DNA of 64,000 nt from Clostridia bacterium (GTDB lineage: Bacteria; Bacillota; Clostridia; UMGS1883; UMGS1540). Location: NCBI GenBank assembly GCA_045533905.1, contig JAZSIR010000021.1:43283-107282 (forward strand). The letters run 5' to 3'. The notes below the pieces were generated by a model. That model searched no databases and was not told where the DNA came from. It saw only the letters and a list, made by a program, of their open reading frames with translations. Shown here piece after piece: positions 46,100-55,630 of this stretch (positions within the stretch are counted from its first letter, which is position 1; every line of letters begins with the position of its first letter). The translations under genes were made by a program, and so were the position numbers.

Positions 46100-47215
46100 A
46101 TGCAAATCAGCGGTGCTATTTTGCGAAATGATGAAAAGGCCATCTTTGGTCTTCGCGCGCTGTACCAAAAATACGGGTACTCGCAGTATAAAATGAGTAA
46201 GTTTGAGCCGTACGACCTGTATGTGCGAAATAAAGACTTTCTCATTTCCGAAAATGTAATTACCTTTACGGATCTTGACGGAAAGCTTCTGGCACTAAAG
46301 CCGGACGTTACGCTTTCCATTATAAAGAATAGTCCCGATGCGGCGGAATTTACGCAAAAGGTCTATTATAATGAAAATGTATACCGCGCCGAAAAGGGCG
46401 GCAGCGGCTACCGCGAGATTATGCAGCTGGGGCTCGAATGCATCGGCAAAACCGATACATACGCGATGGCAGAGGTTATGATGCTTGCGGCAGAAAGCCT
46501 TGACTTTATCGCATCTGACTTTGTGCTTGACATTTCGCATATGGGCATCATCTCCCCCATTTTGGATAGCCTCGGCGCTTCGCATACCACGCGCCAAGAA
46601 ATTCTCAAATGCCTTGGCGAGAAAAATGCACACGGCATCACGCGTGCATGCCGCGCGGAAAATATTTCCGCCGACATGCTCACCGCGCTCGTTTCTTTAT
46701 ACGGGCCGGCGGCAGAGGTGCTTCCGAAGCTTTCGGAAGTCACAATCCCCGAAAACGAAGCGGCCATTTCTGCCCTTTGCGATGTGGCACGTATTTTGGA
46801 AGGCTGTGGCTTTGGCGATAAAATCCGCATCGATTTTTCTGTAATCAATGACATGAATTATTATAACGGCTTCGTATTCACCGGCTTTATAAAGGGGCTC
46901 TCTTCGGGCATCTTATCGGGTGGTCAGTACGACAGACTTATGGAAAAAATGGGCAAAAAGGCAGGTGCCATCGGCTTTGCCATTTATCTCGACATGCTCT
47001 CGTCGCTTCCCTCGGATGAAGCCGAATACGATGTAGATACTGTTCTTTTATACGATGAAAACGCCGACATGCGCGCCCTTTGCGAGGCGGTGGGTCTTTT
47101 AACCGCAAACGGAAAGAGCGTTTCCGCGCAGCGCAGTGTGCCGGAAAAAATCAAATACAAACAGCTTTTGAAATTACAGGAGAGAGGGGTTGAAATCATT
47201 GAAAACCATGCTTAA
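46100..47215 (+). CDS. hisZ: ATP phosphoribosyltransferase regulatory subunit
   Basis: Start at ATG 46100 after RBS AAAGGAGAG. HisRS-like fold without an anticodon domain. First gene of the his operon. Confidence 0.85.
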   Translation: MQISGAILRNDEKAIFGLRALYQKYGYSQYKMSKFEPYDLYVRNKDFLISENVITFTDLDGKLLALKPDVTLSIIKNSPDAAEFTQKVYYNENVYRAEKGGSGYREIMQLGLECIGKTDTYAMAEVMMLAAESLDFIASDFVLDISHMGIISPILDSLGASHTTRQEILKCLGEKNAHGITRACRAENISADMLTALVSLYGPAAEVLPKLSEVTIPENEAAISALCDVARILEGCGFGDKIRIDFSVINDMNYYNGFVFTGFIKGLSSGILSGGQYDRLMEKMGKKAGAIGFAIYLDMLSSLPSDEAEYDVDTVLLYDENADMRALCEAVGLLTANGKSVSAQRSVPEKIKYKQLLKLQERGVEIIENHA

Positions 47216-47837
47216 TGTGGCGCTTCCTAAGGGAAGACTCGGCGAGAAGGTATACGCCATGTTTGAAAAAGCCGGCTTTCCGTGTCCCTCCATTTATGAA
47301 AATAACCGAAAACTCATTTTCGAAAACCCCGAAAAGGGCGTACGCTACTTCTGGGTAAAGCCTTCCGACGTTGCCATTTACGTAGAACGCGGCGCGGCGG
47401 ATATCGGCGTTGCCGGAAAAGATATTCTTCTTGAATACGAGCCGGACGTGTATGAGCTTTTAGACCTTGACATCGGCAAGTGCCGCATGGCCGTGGCCGC
47501 CCAAAAAGGCTGGCGCGATAACCCGCAGAAAACACTTCGCGTGGCCACCAAATTTTCGAACATTACGAAAAATTATTACGCCGGCAAAGGGCGCGACATT
47601 GATATTATTCATTTAAACGGCTCCATCGAAATTGCGCCGATTCTCGGCCTTTCCGATGTAATTGCCGACATTGTGGAAACGGGCACCACCTTAAAGGAAA
47701 ATAACCTCGAAGTCATTGAAACCATCGTGCCTATAAGTGCACGCCTTATTGCAAACAAGGCAGGGTTTAAGTTCAAATCCGCCCAGATCGAAACGCTGGT
47801 AGCGGCGCTCGCCGCAGACGGAGGCAAAAATGATTAA
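47208..47837 (+). CDS. hisG: ATP phosphoribosyltransferase (short form)
   Basis: MLNVALPKGRLGE... An alternative upstream start is 47190. Overlaps the hisZ stop. Confidence 0.9.
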   Translation: MLNVALPKGRLGEKVYAMFEKAGFPCPSIYENNRKLIFENPEKGVRYFWVKPSDVAIYVERGAADIGVAGKDILLEYEPDVYELLDLDIGKCRMAVAAQKGWRDNPQKTLRVATKFSNITKNYYAGKGRDIDIIHLNGSIEIAPILGLSDVIADIVETGTTLKENNLEVIETIVPISARLIANKAGFKFKSAQIETLVAALAADGGKND

Positions 47838-49110
47838 GATTTTAGAATACGGCAAAGTGAAAACGGAAGAAATTTTCTCGCGCGTAGTGCCGAAAACCGA
47901 CGTTATGGGCATTGTCGAGGGCATTATTGCCGCCGTACGAAGTGAAGGCGATGCCGCCCTTATCCGCTACGCAAAGGAATTTGACGGCGCCGCGCTTTCT
48001 TCCCTTCGCGTCACGAGCGAGGAAATCGAAGCGGCGGTAGAAAAGGTGGAGCCGCGCTTTCTCGAAATTCTCGAAAAAGCGGCGAAAAACATTCGCAAAT
48101 TTCACGAAAAACAGGTACGCACCGGTTTTATTTTAAATGATGAAAGCGGCATTGTGATGGGGCAGAAGATTATCCCCGTGGACCGCGCAGGTCTCTATGT
48201 GCCGGGCGGTACTGCCGCCTACCCCTCCACCGTTTTGATGGACGCGATCCCCGCTAAAATCGCAGGCTGCCCTGAGGTTGTTATGGTAACGCCACCGCAA
48301 GCGGACGGCACGATAAACCCCGTAATCCTCGCGGCGGCAAAGGTGGCAGGCGTTGATAAAATCTTTAAAATCGGCGGTGCAGGTGCTGTGGCCGCACTCG
48401 CATACGGTACAGAATCTGTGCCGAAGGTAGATAAAATCGTAGGCCCCGGTAACGCCTTTGTGGCGGAAGCCAAGCGGCAGGTGTTCGGCGAGGTTTCCAT
48501 TGATATGATTGCAGGCCCGAGCGAAATTTTAATTATCGCAGATGAAACGGGTGACGCCTCCATCATCGCGGCGGACCTTCTCTCCCAAGCCGAGCACGAC
48601 CGCCTTGCAAGTGCCGTTTTAATTACCACTTCTTCGAAACTTGCCGAAGAAGTGCAGTCTGCACTCGAAGAGCAGATTCCGCGCCTTCCGCGCGCCGAGA
48701 TTGCCCGCACTTCGATTGACGAAAACGGCAAAATCATAGTTGTACCCTCGCTTTCAGAAGCAATTGCAATTTCAAACGAGCTTGCCCCCGAGCATCTCGA
48801 GCTTTTTGTAGATAACCCCTTTGACTATCTCGATGCCATCCGCCATGCAGGCAGTATCTTCCTTGGCAAAAACTGCCCCGAAGCACTTGGCGACTATATG
48901 GCAGGCCCGAACCACACCCTGCCCACAAGCGGCACGGCCAAATTTGCAAGTCCCCTTTCTGTGGATGATTTCATAAAGAAAACACAGTACACGTATTTTA
49001 CGCGTGAGGCACTTTCGCGCTACGCGGGTGATGTGGCATTCTTTGCAGAAAAAGAAGGCCTTACGGCACATGCCGAGAGCGCACGGTGCCGAACGGAGGA
49101 GAAAAAATGA
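47830..49110 (+). CDS. hisD: histidinol dehydrogenase
   Basis: 426 aa. Motifs GPGNAFVAEAKR and SQAEHD. Confidence 0.95.
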   Translation: MIKILEYGKVKTEEIFSRVVPKTDVMGIVEGIIAAVRSEGDAALIRYAKEFDGAALSSLRVTSEEIEAAVEKVEPRFLEILEKAAKNIRKFHEKQVRTGFILNDESGIVMGQKIIPVDRAGLYVPGGTAAYPSTVLMDAIPAKIAGCPEVVMVTPPQADGTINPVILAAAKVAGVDKIFKIGGAGAVAALAYGTESVPKVDKIVGPGNAFVAEAKRQVFGEVSIDMIAGPSEILIIADETGDASIIAADLLSQAEHDRLASAVLITTSSKLAEEVQSALEEQIPRLPRAEIARTSIDENGKIIVVPSLSEAIAISNELAPEHLELFVDNPFDYLDAIRHAGSIFLGKNCPEALGDYMAGPNHTLPTSGTAKFASPLSVDDFIKKTQYTYFTREALSRYAGDVAFFAEKEGLTAHAESARCRTEEKK

Positions 49111-50168
49111 GCCGATTTTTTTCCGATAAATTCGCGCTTCTTTCCCCCTACACCCCGGGCGAGCAGCCGAAAACAAGAAAATTTATAAAACTCAATACAA
49201 ACGAATCGCCATTTCCGCCATCTGCGCGCGCGATAGAAGCGGCGACGGAGGCGGCGAAAAGCCTCGAACTTTATTCTGACCCCGAGTGCCGCGCCCTTAC
49301 TGAGAAAATGGCCGAGACGCTTGGTGTAGCCTATGAAGAAGTTTTGATGACCAACGGGTCGGACGAGATCCTCAATTTCGCCTTTATGGCGTTTTGCGAT
49401 GCGGCGCATCCCGCAGTGTTTCCCGACATCACCTACGGGTTCTACCCCGTTTTTGCAAATCTTTCGGGCATTCCGTACGAGGAAATTCCTTTAAAAGACG
49501 ATTTTTCCGTGGATGTAGATGCCTTTTGCGGTATACATAAAACGATTTTCATTGCAAACCCGAACGCGCCGACGGGTCTTCTCCTGCCGCTTTCGGATAT
49601 CGAGAAAATTGTGGCCTCGAACCCCGACAATGTGGTAGTCATTGACGAAGCGTACATTGATTTTGGGGGCGAGAGTGCCGTACCGCTTATAAAGAAATAC
49701 GATAACCTCTTAGTTACACAAACTTTCTCGAAATCGCGTTCGATGGCAGGCGCGCGCCTTGGGTTTGGCGTGGGCAATGCCGCACTCATCCGTGACCTTA
49801 ACACCATCAAGTATTCCACAAACCCTTATAATGTAAACGCCATGACGATGGCGGCAGGCCTTGGCACGCTTTCCGATGCCGCATACACCGAGAGAAACTG
49901 CCGCACCATCTCGGAAAACCGCGCGTATACGGCCGAAGCGCTGAAGAAACTCGGCTTTACGCTGACCGACAGCCGCGCAAACTTCCTGTTTGCAAAGCAT
50001 CCGCGTCTTTCGGGCGAAGAACTCTATGCGGCGCTTCGCGAAAAAGGCATCCTCGTACGGCATTTTAAGAAAGACCGCATTTCTGACTTTTGCCGCATCA
50101 CGGTAGGAAGCCGTGAGGAAATGGAAACACTTGTAAAAACGATTACTGAAATATCGGAGGGAAAATAA
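49107..50168 (+). CDS. hisC: histidinol-phosphate aminotransferase
   Basis: Start at ATG 49107 after GGAGGAG. Motifs LNTNESP and the PLP lysine region TFSKSRSMAGARLG. Confidence 0.93.
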   Translation: MSRFFSDKFALLSPYTPGEQPKTRKFIKLNTNESPFPPSARAIEAATEAAKSLELYSDPECRALTEKMAETLGVAYEEVLMTNGSDEILNFAFMAFCDAAHPAVFPDITYGFYPVFANLSGIPYEEIPLKDDFSVDVDAFCGIHKTIFIANPNAPTGLLLPLSDIEKIVASNPDNVVVIDEAYIDFGGESAVPLIKKYDNLLVTQTFSKSRSMAGARLGFGVGNAALIRDLNTIKYSTNPYNVNAMTMAAGLGTLSDAAYTERNCRTISENRAYTAEALKKLGFTLTDSRANFLFAKHPRLSGEELYAALREKGILVRHFKKDRISDFCRITVGSREEMETLVKTITEISEGK

Positions 50169-50759
50169 ATGAGAACTTCTGAAATCAAAAGAACAACTGC
50201 GGAAACCGACATTATGCTCTCGCTTACGATTGACGGCACAGGGAAAAGTGAAATCAATACAGGCTGTGGCTTTTTAGACCATATGCTGACGCTTTTTGCC
50301 CGCCACGGCCGCTTTGACCTTACCGTTTCGGCCACGGGCGACACCTATGTGGACGACCACCACACGGTAGAAGACGTGGGCATTTGTCTCGGGCAGGCTT
50401 TCCGCGAAGCACTTTCCGATAAGCGCGGCATCTGCCGCTACGGAAGCTGCACCCTCCCGATGGACGAGGCGCTTATTTTAGCCGCCACCGATCTTTCCGG
50501 CAGAAGCTTTCTCGGCTACGCGCTCGACATTCGCACCGAGAAAGTGGGCACGTTTGACACAGAGCTTGTGGAAGAATTCTTCCTCGCTTTCACGCGCGAG
50601 GCGGCGTGTAACCTCCACCTTCGTTCCCTTGCCGGCCAAAACTCGCACCACATCATCGAAGGGGCGTTTAAGGCCTCGGCCCGCGCACTTCGCGATGCCG
50701 TGAAAATTGATCCGGACTATAAAGATGAAATCCCCTCTACCAAAGGAGTACTTTCATGA
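50169..50759 (+). CDS. hisB: imidazoleglycerol-phosphate dehydratase
   Basis: 196 aa. Motifs GFLDHML, DDHHTVED and HHIIEGAFKA. Confidence 0.95.
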   Translation: MRTSEIKRTTAETDIMLSLTIDGTGKSEINTGCGFLDHMLTLFARHGRFDLTVSATGDTYVDDHHTVEDVGICLGQAFREALSDKRGICRYGSCTLPMDEALILAATDLSGRSFLGYALDIRTEKVGTFDTELVEEFFLAFTREAACNLHLRSLAGQNSHHIIEGAFKASARALRDAVKIDPDYKDEIPSTKGVLS

Positions 50760-51370
50760 TAGCCATTGTAGACTACGGCGTTGGGAACCTCTTTTCCCTA
50801 AAGAGTTCCCTTGCCGCCATCGGGGCGGACGCCTTTGTAAGTAAAAATCCAGACGAGATTGCGCGTGCGGAAAAAATCATTCTGCCGGGCGTAGGCGCTT
50901 TTCCCGATGCTGCGAAAAAGCTTTCGGAAGCCGGCATGACCGACATGCTTCGCCGCGCAGCAAACGAAGGAAAGCCGCTTATGGGCATTTGCCTTGGGAT
51001 GCAGCTTCTCTTTGAAAAAAGCTATGAATATGGAGAATGTGCGGGGCTCGGGCTTATCCCGGGCGAAATTCGCCCCATTTCTGAAAAAATTCCAAAAGAC
51101 CTGAAAATTCCGCATATTGGCTGGAATGCGCTCAATTTCACAAAACCTTCCCGCCTTTTCCGCTATATAAAGGACGGCGATTTTGTATACTTTGTGCACT
51201 CGTTTTCGGCTACGGAAAGCGACGCGGTGATTGCCACCTCGGAATACGGCGCACCGCTTGTGGCGGCGGTTGAGTGCGGCAATGTGTGTGGCTGTCAGTT
51301 CCATCCCGAAAAAAGCGGTGATGTGGGCCTCGCCATTTTGCGTGGCTTTTGTGAGGAGGTGACGGTATGA
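50756..51370 (+). CDS. hisH: imidazole glycerol phosphate synthase, glutaminase subunit
   Basis: 204 aa. Motifs GICLGMQLL and FHPEKS. Confidence 0.95.
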   Translation: MIAIVDYGVGNLFSLKSSLAAIGADAFVSKNPDEIARAEKIILPGVGAFPDAAKKLSEAGMTDMLRRAANEGKPLMGICLGMQLLFEKSYEYGECAGLGLIPGEIRPISEKIPKDLKIPHIGWNALNFTKPSRLFRYIKDGDFVYFVHSFSATESDAVIATSEYGAPLVAAVECGNVCGCQFHPEKSGDVGLAILRGFCEEVTV

Positions 51371-52080
51371 TTCTTTTTCCTGCAATTGACCTTTTTGAGG
51401 GCAAAGCCGTACGGCTTCTTCGCGGCGAATATGATAAAATGACCGTGTATAGCGAAAACCCCGCGGAAATTGCCGCGGATTTTAAAGCGCAGGGTGCCTC
51501 GCACATCCACCTTGTGGACCTTGAAGGCGCCAAAAGCGGCGACACACCGAACCTTTCTGTGGTGACGCGCATCAAGGAGACCTCGGGTCTTTTCTGCGAG
51601 ATTGGCGGCGGCGTACGCCGTATGGAAACGGTGAAAAAATACATCGATGCCGGCATGGACCGCGTAATTTTAGGCACGGCGGCGGTGGAGGACGAAGCGT
51701 TTCTCCGCGCGGCGGTAGAAGGCTACGGCGAGAAAATCGCGGTAGGTGCCGATATTAAAGACGGCTTTGTGGCCACACGCGGCTGGACGGAAAAATCGGC
51801 CTTTGCGTGCTTTGATTTTTGTGAGAAAATGCAAAAAATCGGCGTTAGAACCTTAATTTGCACGGACGTATCAAAAGACGGCGCCATGCAGGGCACAAAC
51901 CGCGAGCTTTACCGTGACCTTTCCGAGAAATTCTCGATGCAGATTGTAGCCTCGGGCGGCGTATCCACGATGGACGATATTCGCCATCTTCGCGCGCTTT
52001 CTTTATATGGCGCGATTATCGGCAAAGCGTACTATACGGGCGCAATTTCGCTTCGGGAAGCAATTGAGGTGGCCAAATGA
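51367..52080 (+). CDS. hisA: ProFAR isomerase
   Basis: 237 aa. Motifs PAIDL..GKAVRL and GGGVR. Confidence 0.93.
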   Translation: MILFPAIDLFEGKAVRLLRGEYDKMTVYSENPAEIAADFKAQGASHIHLVDLEGAKSGDTPNLSVVTRIKETSGLFCEIGGGVRRMETVKKYIDAGMDRVILGTAAVEDEAFLRAAVEGYGEKIAVGADIKDGFVATRGWTEKSAFACFDFCEKMQKIGVRTLICTDVSKDGAMQGTNRELYRDLSEKFSMQIVASGGVSTMDDIRHLRALSLYGAIIGKAYYTGAISLREAIEVAK

Positions 52081-52835
52081 TTACAAAACGAATTATTCCG
52101 TGCCTGGACGTTCGCGACGGGCGCGTTGTGAAAGGCGTAAATTTTGAGGGACTTTCCGATGTTTCCTCCCCCATCGAGCTTGGGCGCTACTATAGCCGCG
52201 CAGGCGCCGATGAACTTGTTTTTTATGATATTACCGCATCCGCCGAAGGGCGCGCCCTTTTTACCGACATTTTGTGCGAAGTGGCGCGCACCATTTTCAT
52301 TCCGCTCACTGTCGGCGGCGGCATCAATACCTTAGAAGATTTCGACCGCGTTTTAAAATGCGGGGCCGACAAGGTAAGCGTAAACTCGGGCGCGATTAAA
52401 AACCCGAACCTCATTTATGAGGCGGCCAAGCGCTACGGCGACCAATGCGTCGTTTTATCGGCGGACGTAAAGCGTGTGGACGGCGTATTTCGCGTGTTCG
52501 CGAAGGGCGGACGGGAAAACACCGGCATGGAAGCCATCGAATGGATAAAAAGATGTGTTTCGATGGGTGCGGGCGAAGTCGTTGTAAATTCCATTGATAC
52601 GGACGGTGTAAAAAAAGGCTTCGACCTTCCGATGCTCGAAGCTGTGTGCAACGCCGTTTCGGTGCCCGTAATTGCCTCGGGCGGCGCAGGGTGCAAGGAA
52701 GACTTTACCACGCTTTTCAAATCCCTTCCCAAGGTAGACGCGGGTCTTGCCGCTTCTATTTTCCACTTTGGGGAAGTGGATATTTGTGACCTTAAGAAAA
52801 CACTTGCCGCGGAAGATATCCCGGTACGACTTTAG
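52077..52835 (+). CDS. hisF: imidazole glycerol phosphate synthase, cyclase subunit
   Basis: 252 aa. Motifs KRIIPCLDV, TVGGGI and ASGGAG. Confidence 0.95.
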   Translation: MITKRIIPCLDVRDGRVVKGVNFEGLSDVSSPIELGRYYSRAGADELVFYDITASAEGRALFTDILCEVARTIFIPLTVGGGINTLEDFDRVLKCGADKVSVNSGAIKNPNLIYEAAKRYGDQCVVLSADVKRVDGVFRVFAKGGRENTGMEAIEWIKRCVSMGAGEVVVNSIDTDGVKKGFDLPMLEAVCNAVSVPVIASGGAGCKEDFTTLFKSLPKVDAGLAASIFHFGEVDICDLKKTLAAEDIPVRL

Positions 52836-52847
52836 GAGGTTTTAACA

Positions 52848-53498
52848 ATGCTGAATATCGATAGCTTGAAATTTGACGAAAAGGGGCTCATCCCCGCCAT
52901 TGTGGTGGACGCGGAAACGAAAAAGGTGTTAACACTTGCCTATATGAACCGCGAAAGCCTTATGATTTCGATGGAAGAAAAGAAAACGTGCTTTTTTAGC
53001 CGTTCCCGTCAGGAACTCTGGCGAAAGGGCGAAACAAGCGGCAACTTCCAGCACGTCGTTTCGATTACGGCCGACTGCGATAACGATGCACTCGTAGTAC
53101 TTGTTGACAAGGAAGGCCCTGCCTGCCATGAGGGTACGGATTCCTGCTTTACGCACCCTGTTTTTGAAAATGACGAGCGCTCCGCTTTCTCTTTAGAAGC
53201 TTTAATGACGCTCATCGAAGGCAGAAAGACAGAGAAGAAGGAAGGCTCCTACACCACATACCTTTTTGAAAAGGGACTTGATAAAATGCTTAAAAAGGTT
53301 GGCGAGGAATGCACGGAAGTTATCATCGCCGCAAAGGACGATGACAAGAAGGAAACGATTTACGAAATTGCAGACCTTACCTACCACGTGATGGTTATGA
53401 TGATTGAAATGGGCATTTCGCTCTCTGACATTCACCGTGAGCTTGCCTCCCGCCATGTGATTGACCACAAGGTAAAGCAGGAGAAAATGACGAAATGA
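52848..53498 (+). CDS. hisIE: bifunctional phosphoribosyl-AMP cyclohydrolase / phosphoribosyl-ATP pyrophosphatase
   Basis: 216 aa. [18 protein letters not shown] (HisI part) plus the C-terminal HisE helix bundle. Confidence 0.93.
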   Translation: MLNIDSLKFDEKGLIPAIVVDAETKKVLTLAYMNRESLMISMEEKKTCFFSRSRQELWRKGETSGNFQHVVSITADCDNDALVVLVDKEGPACHEGTDSCFTHPVFENDERSAFSLEALMTLIEGRKTEKKEGSYTTYLFEKGLDKMLKKVGEECTEVIIAAKDDDKKETIYEIADLTYHVMVMMIEMGISLSDIHRELASRHVIDHKVKQEKMTK

Positions 53499-54280
53499 TG
53501 GATTTTCACGTGCACACCACGTTTTGCGACGGCGCAGCTTCGCCGCGCGAAATGGTAGAAGCCGCCATCAAACGCGGTATGGAGGCTATCGGCTTTTCTT
53601 CCCACGCGCACACGGGGTTTGATGCGGACTACTGCCTTAAAATAGAAAAAACCGAGGAATACCGCCGCGAGATTTTGGCGCTTTCCGAAGAATACAAAGA
53701 CCGCATCCGCATTTACTGCGGCATGGAGGCGGACCTCTACGGTGATACGCCGCTCTCCGGTTTTTCCTATGTAATCGGCTCGGTGCACTACGTGGAAAAG
53801 GACGGCGTGTATCTTTCCGTGGACCACTCGCCCGAAGTTTTCAAAAAGAATGTGGAAACGCATTTCGGCGGCGACTACTACGCCTTTGCCGAACGCTATT
53901 TTGAAGCGGTGGCAACCGTTCCCGCTACGCTTCATCCCACCTTTATCGGGCACTTTGACCTTGTTTCGAAATTCAACCGGGGCGGCGCGCTTTTTGACGA
54001 GGCGCATCCGCGTTACCAAAAGGCGTGGAAAACGGCGCTTTCTGCGCTTTTAGAAAGCGGTCTTCCCTTTGAGGTAAACACAGGCGCCATCTTCCGAGGG
54101 TATCGGGATTTCCCCTATCCCTCGCGCGAGCAGCTCGAGATGATTCGAGACAGAGGCGGCCGCGTGCTCCTTTCGGGCGATGCACATACGCCCTCCTCCC
54201 TCTGCTTCGAGTTTGAAAAGTGGGAGCCTATGCTTCGAGAGATGAAAATTTCCATCATCACAGCTGAAGAACTACTATAG
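53495..54280 (+). CDS. histidinol-phosphatase, PHP family
   Basis: 261 aa. [12 protein letters not shown] and GSVHYV. Last gene of the his operon. Confidence 0.85.
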   Translation: MMDFHVHTTFCDGAASPREMVEAAIKRGMEAIGFSSHAHTGFDADYCLKIEKTEEYRREILALSEEYKDRIRIYCGMEADLYGDTPLSGFSYVIGSVHYVEKDGVYLSVDHSPEVFKKNVETHFGGDYYAFAERYFEAVATVPATLHPTFIGHFDLVSKFNRGGALFDEAHPRYQKAWKTALSALLESGLPFEVNTGAIFRGYRDFPYPSREQLEMIRDRGGRVLLSGDAHTPSSLCFEFEKWEPMLREMKISIITAEELL

Positions 54281-54286
54281 AAAATT

Positions 54287-54323
54287 AAAAGAGCAGTAAA
54301 ACAAAAGTTTTACTGCTCTTTTT
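54287..54323. terminator. hairpin copy 1 (AAAAGAGCAGTAAAAC-AAAA-GTTTTACTGCTCTTTT), bidirectional terminator
   Basis: Perfect 16-bp stem, lying between the his operon stop and the stop of the convergent SLOG gene. Confidence 0.7.
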
Positions 54324-54837
54324 AGTAATGGCCCAGCATCTCTGCCGCATTAAATATGGAACGTCCCTTTCGCTCTGCATACAAATAAGCAATTTTTGTA
54401 CCGCTTTTTGGCATTTGTTGCGAATTCTTCGGGAGCGCATACTGCACATCATAATAGAAAACACAGAATGCACATGTATCTATCATTTCAAAATTTCTTT
54501 TTATATAGACGCCTCGCCCTGCAGCATGTACGCTTTGGGGGAAGTAGGTATCTTCATATCCTTGCAGGAGATATGCTCTATATTCTTCTCCTATATATGG
54601 AAATTCCGCCCTCACATACACTCTCTGTATGTGGGGGTATTTTTCTTTTAGAGAAGTAACAACGCGATAGCAAATTTCGTCAAACTGACTTTTACTGCCA
54701 AACAAAAAAGTACTTACTGCCTTTTCCGTAATCAAATGCTCAATATGGCGATGCAGTATTTGCCAAAGAGCCTCTGTTTCTTTCACATTGCGGTGCCCCA
54801 AAAAACAACAACAGGAACTTTTTTCTGTTTCGTACAT
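54322..54837 (-). CDS. SLOG-fold / DUF1273-like protein
   Basis: Start moved to ATG 54835-54837 with RBS GAGGGGAG. CCCFLGHR near the N-terminus, FLFGSKSQFDEICYRVV, and YIKRNFEMID, as I recall for the DUF1273/YpsA-like family. Confidence 0.55.
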   Translation of the reverse strand: MYETEKSSCCCFLGHRNVKETEALWQILHRHIEHLITEKAVSTFLFGSKSQFDEICYRVVTSLKEKYPHIQRVYVRAEFPYIGEEYRAYLLQGYEDTYFPQSVHAAGRGVYIKRNFEMIDTCAFCVFYYDVQYALPKNSQQMPKSGTKIAYLYAERKGRSIFNAAEMLGHY

Positions 54838-54948
54838 ATTCTCCCCTCTTTCGACCAGTATAGCGGACAATATTTTCTGTAATTATATCATACAATATAC
54901 TTGATTGCAACCGATACTGGTCAATTATGAACTTTGGGGGATGTATGT

Positions 54949-55188
54949 ATGGAGCAGAAAATAAGGAGAGACCTAAACATTGGCGACAATATAAGAAGGC
55001 TTCGTCTCGCGCATGATATTTCGCAGGAAAAACTTTGCGCGGAGTTACAACGGCGCGGATGCGACATTGGCAGAAGCACCTATGCAAAGTATGAAAACGG
55101 GGAACTAAACGTGCGCGTGAGCGTCCTCGTAGAACTCCGCAAAATCTACGATTGTGCATATGACGAGTTCTTTCTAGGACTAGAGTAG
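54949..55188 (+). CDS. XRE-family helix-turn-helix regulator
   Basis: 79 aa from ATG 54949 with RBS GGGGGA. IGDNIRRLRLAHDISQEKLCAEL...STYAKYENGE. Confidence 0.8.
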   Translation: MEQKIRRDLNIGDNIRRLRLAHDISQEKLCAELQRRGCDIGRSTYAKYENGELNVRVSVLVELRKIYDCAYDEFFLGLE

Positions 55189-55190
55189 AC

Positions 55191-55228
55191 AAAAAGAGCA
55201 GTAAAACTTTTGTTTTACTGCTCTTTTT
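55191..55228. terminator. hairpin copy 2, the same 16-bp stem with loop TTTT (the exact reverse complement of copy 1)
   Basis: AAAAAGAGCAGTAAAAC-TTTT-GTTTTACTGCTCTTTTT, directly after the XRE stop. Confidence 0.65.
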
Positions 55229-55589
55229 GCTGATGTCGTTTTGCGCGTAGGCGTAAAAAAGCTTTTTAGTAAAGTTCTCTTTTTGTAGGGGCGTTATGTG
55301 ACGCCCCTACCACCCCCACAGGGCGCGCTTCGCTAAAAGGCTTTCGCCTTTTGCCGCCTTTCCGCTCGAAAGCCTTTTCTCTCGAAAAGTCTTCCTCGTC
55401 TCTCTCAGGCAAGCCGCCGCACTTTTTGCGCCGTCTTCCTTCGAATCGGCGGCACGCTCCGTAAAGCGCCCGTTTTGGAAAGTACGGAAAAGGAGTAAAC
55501 AACCAAAAGCGAGATTTGCGACATCTGCAAGTGGTGAAGTTTTTCCCTTCTGCATCTTTTTTTCCTATCCCCGTTAATGGATCGAACTC

Positions 55590-55625
55590 AAAAGAGCAGT
55601 AAAACATAAGTTTTACTGCTCTTTT
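55590..55625. terminator. hairpin copy 3, the same stem with loop ATAA; terminator of ftsK
   Basis: AAAAGAGCAGTAAAAC-ATAA-GTTTTACTGCTCTTTT, 6 nt from the ftsK stop. Confidence 0.65.
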
Positions 55626-55630
55626 CCATG

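Noticed and set aside
55266-55607. ORFs of 82-113 aa in the 55.25-55.6 kb gap, and of 75-172 aa in the 31.34-31.87 kb gap
   Set aside because: They lie in repeat-derived sequence and give basic, low-complexity translations. Overlapping alternative frames exist on both strands, and the peptides are not conserved between repeat copies.
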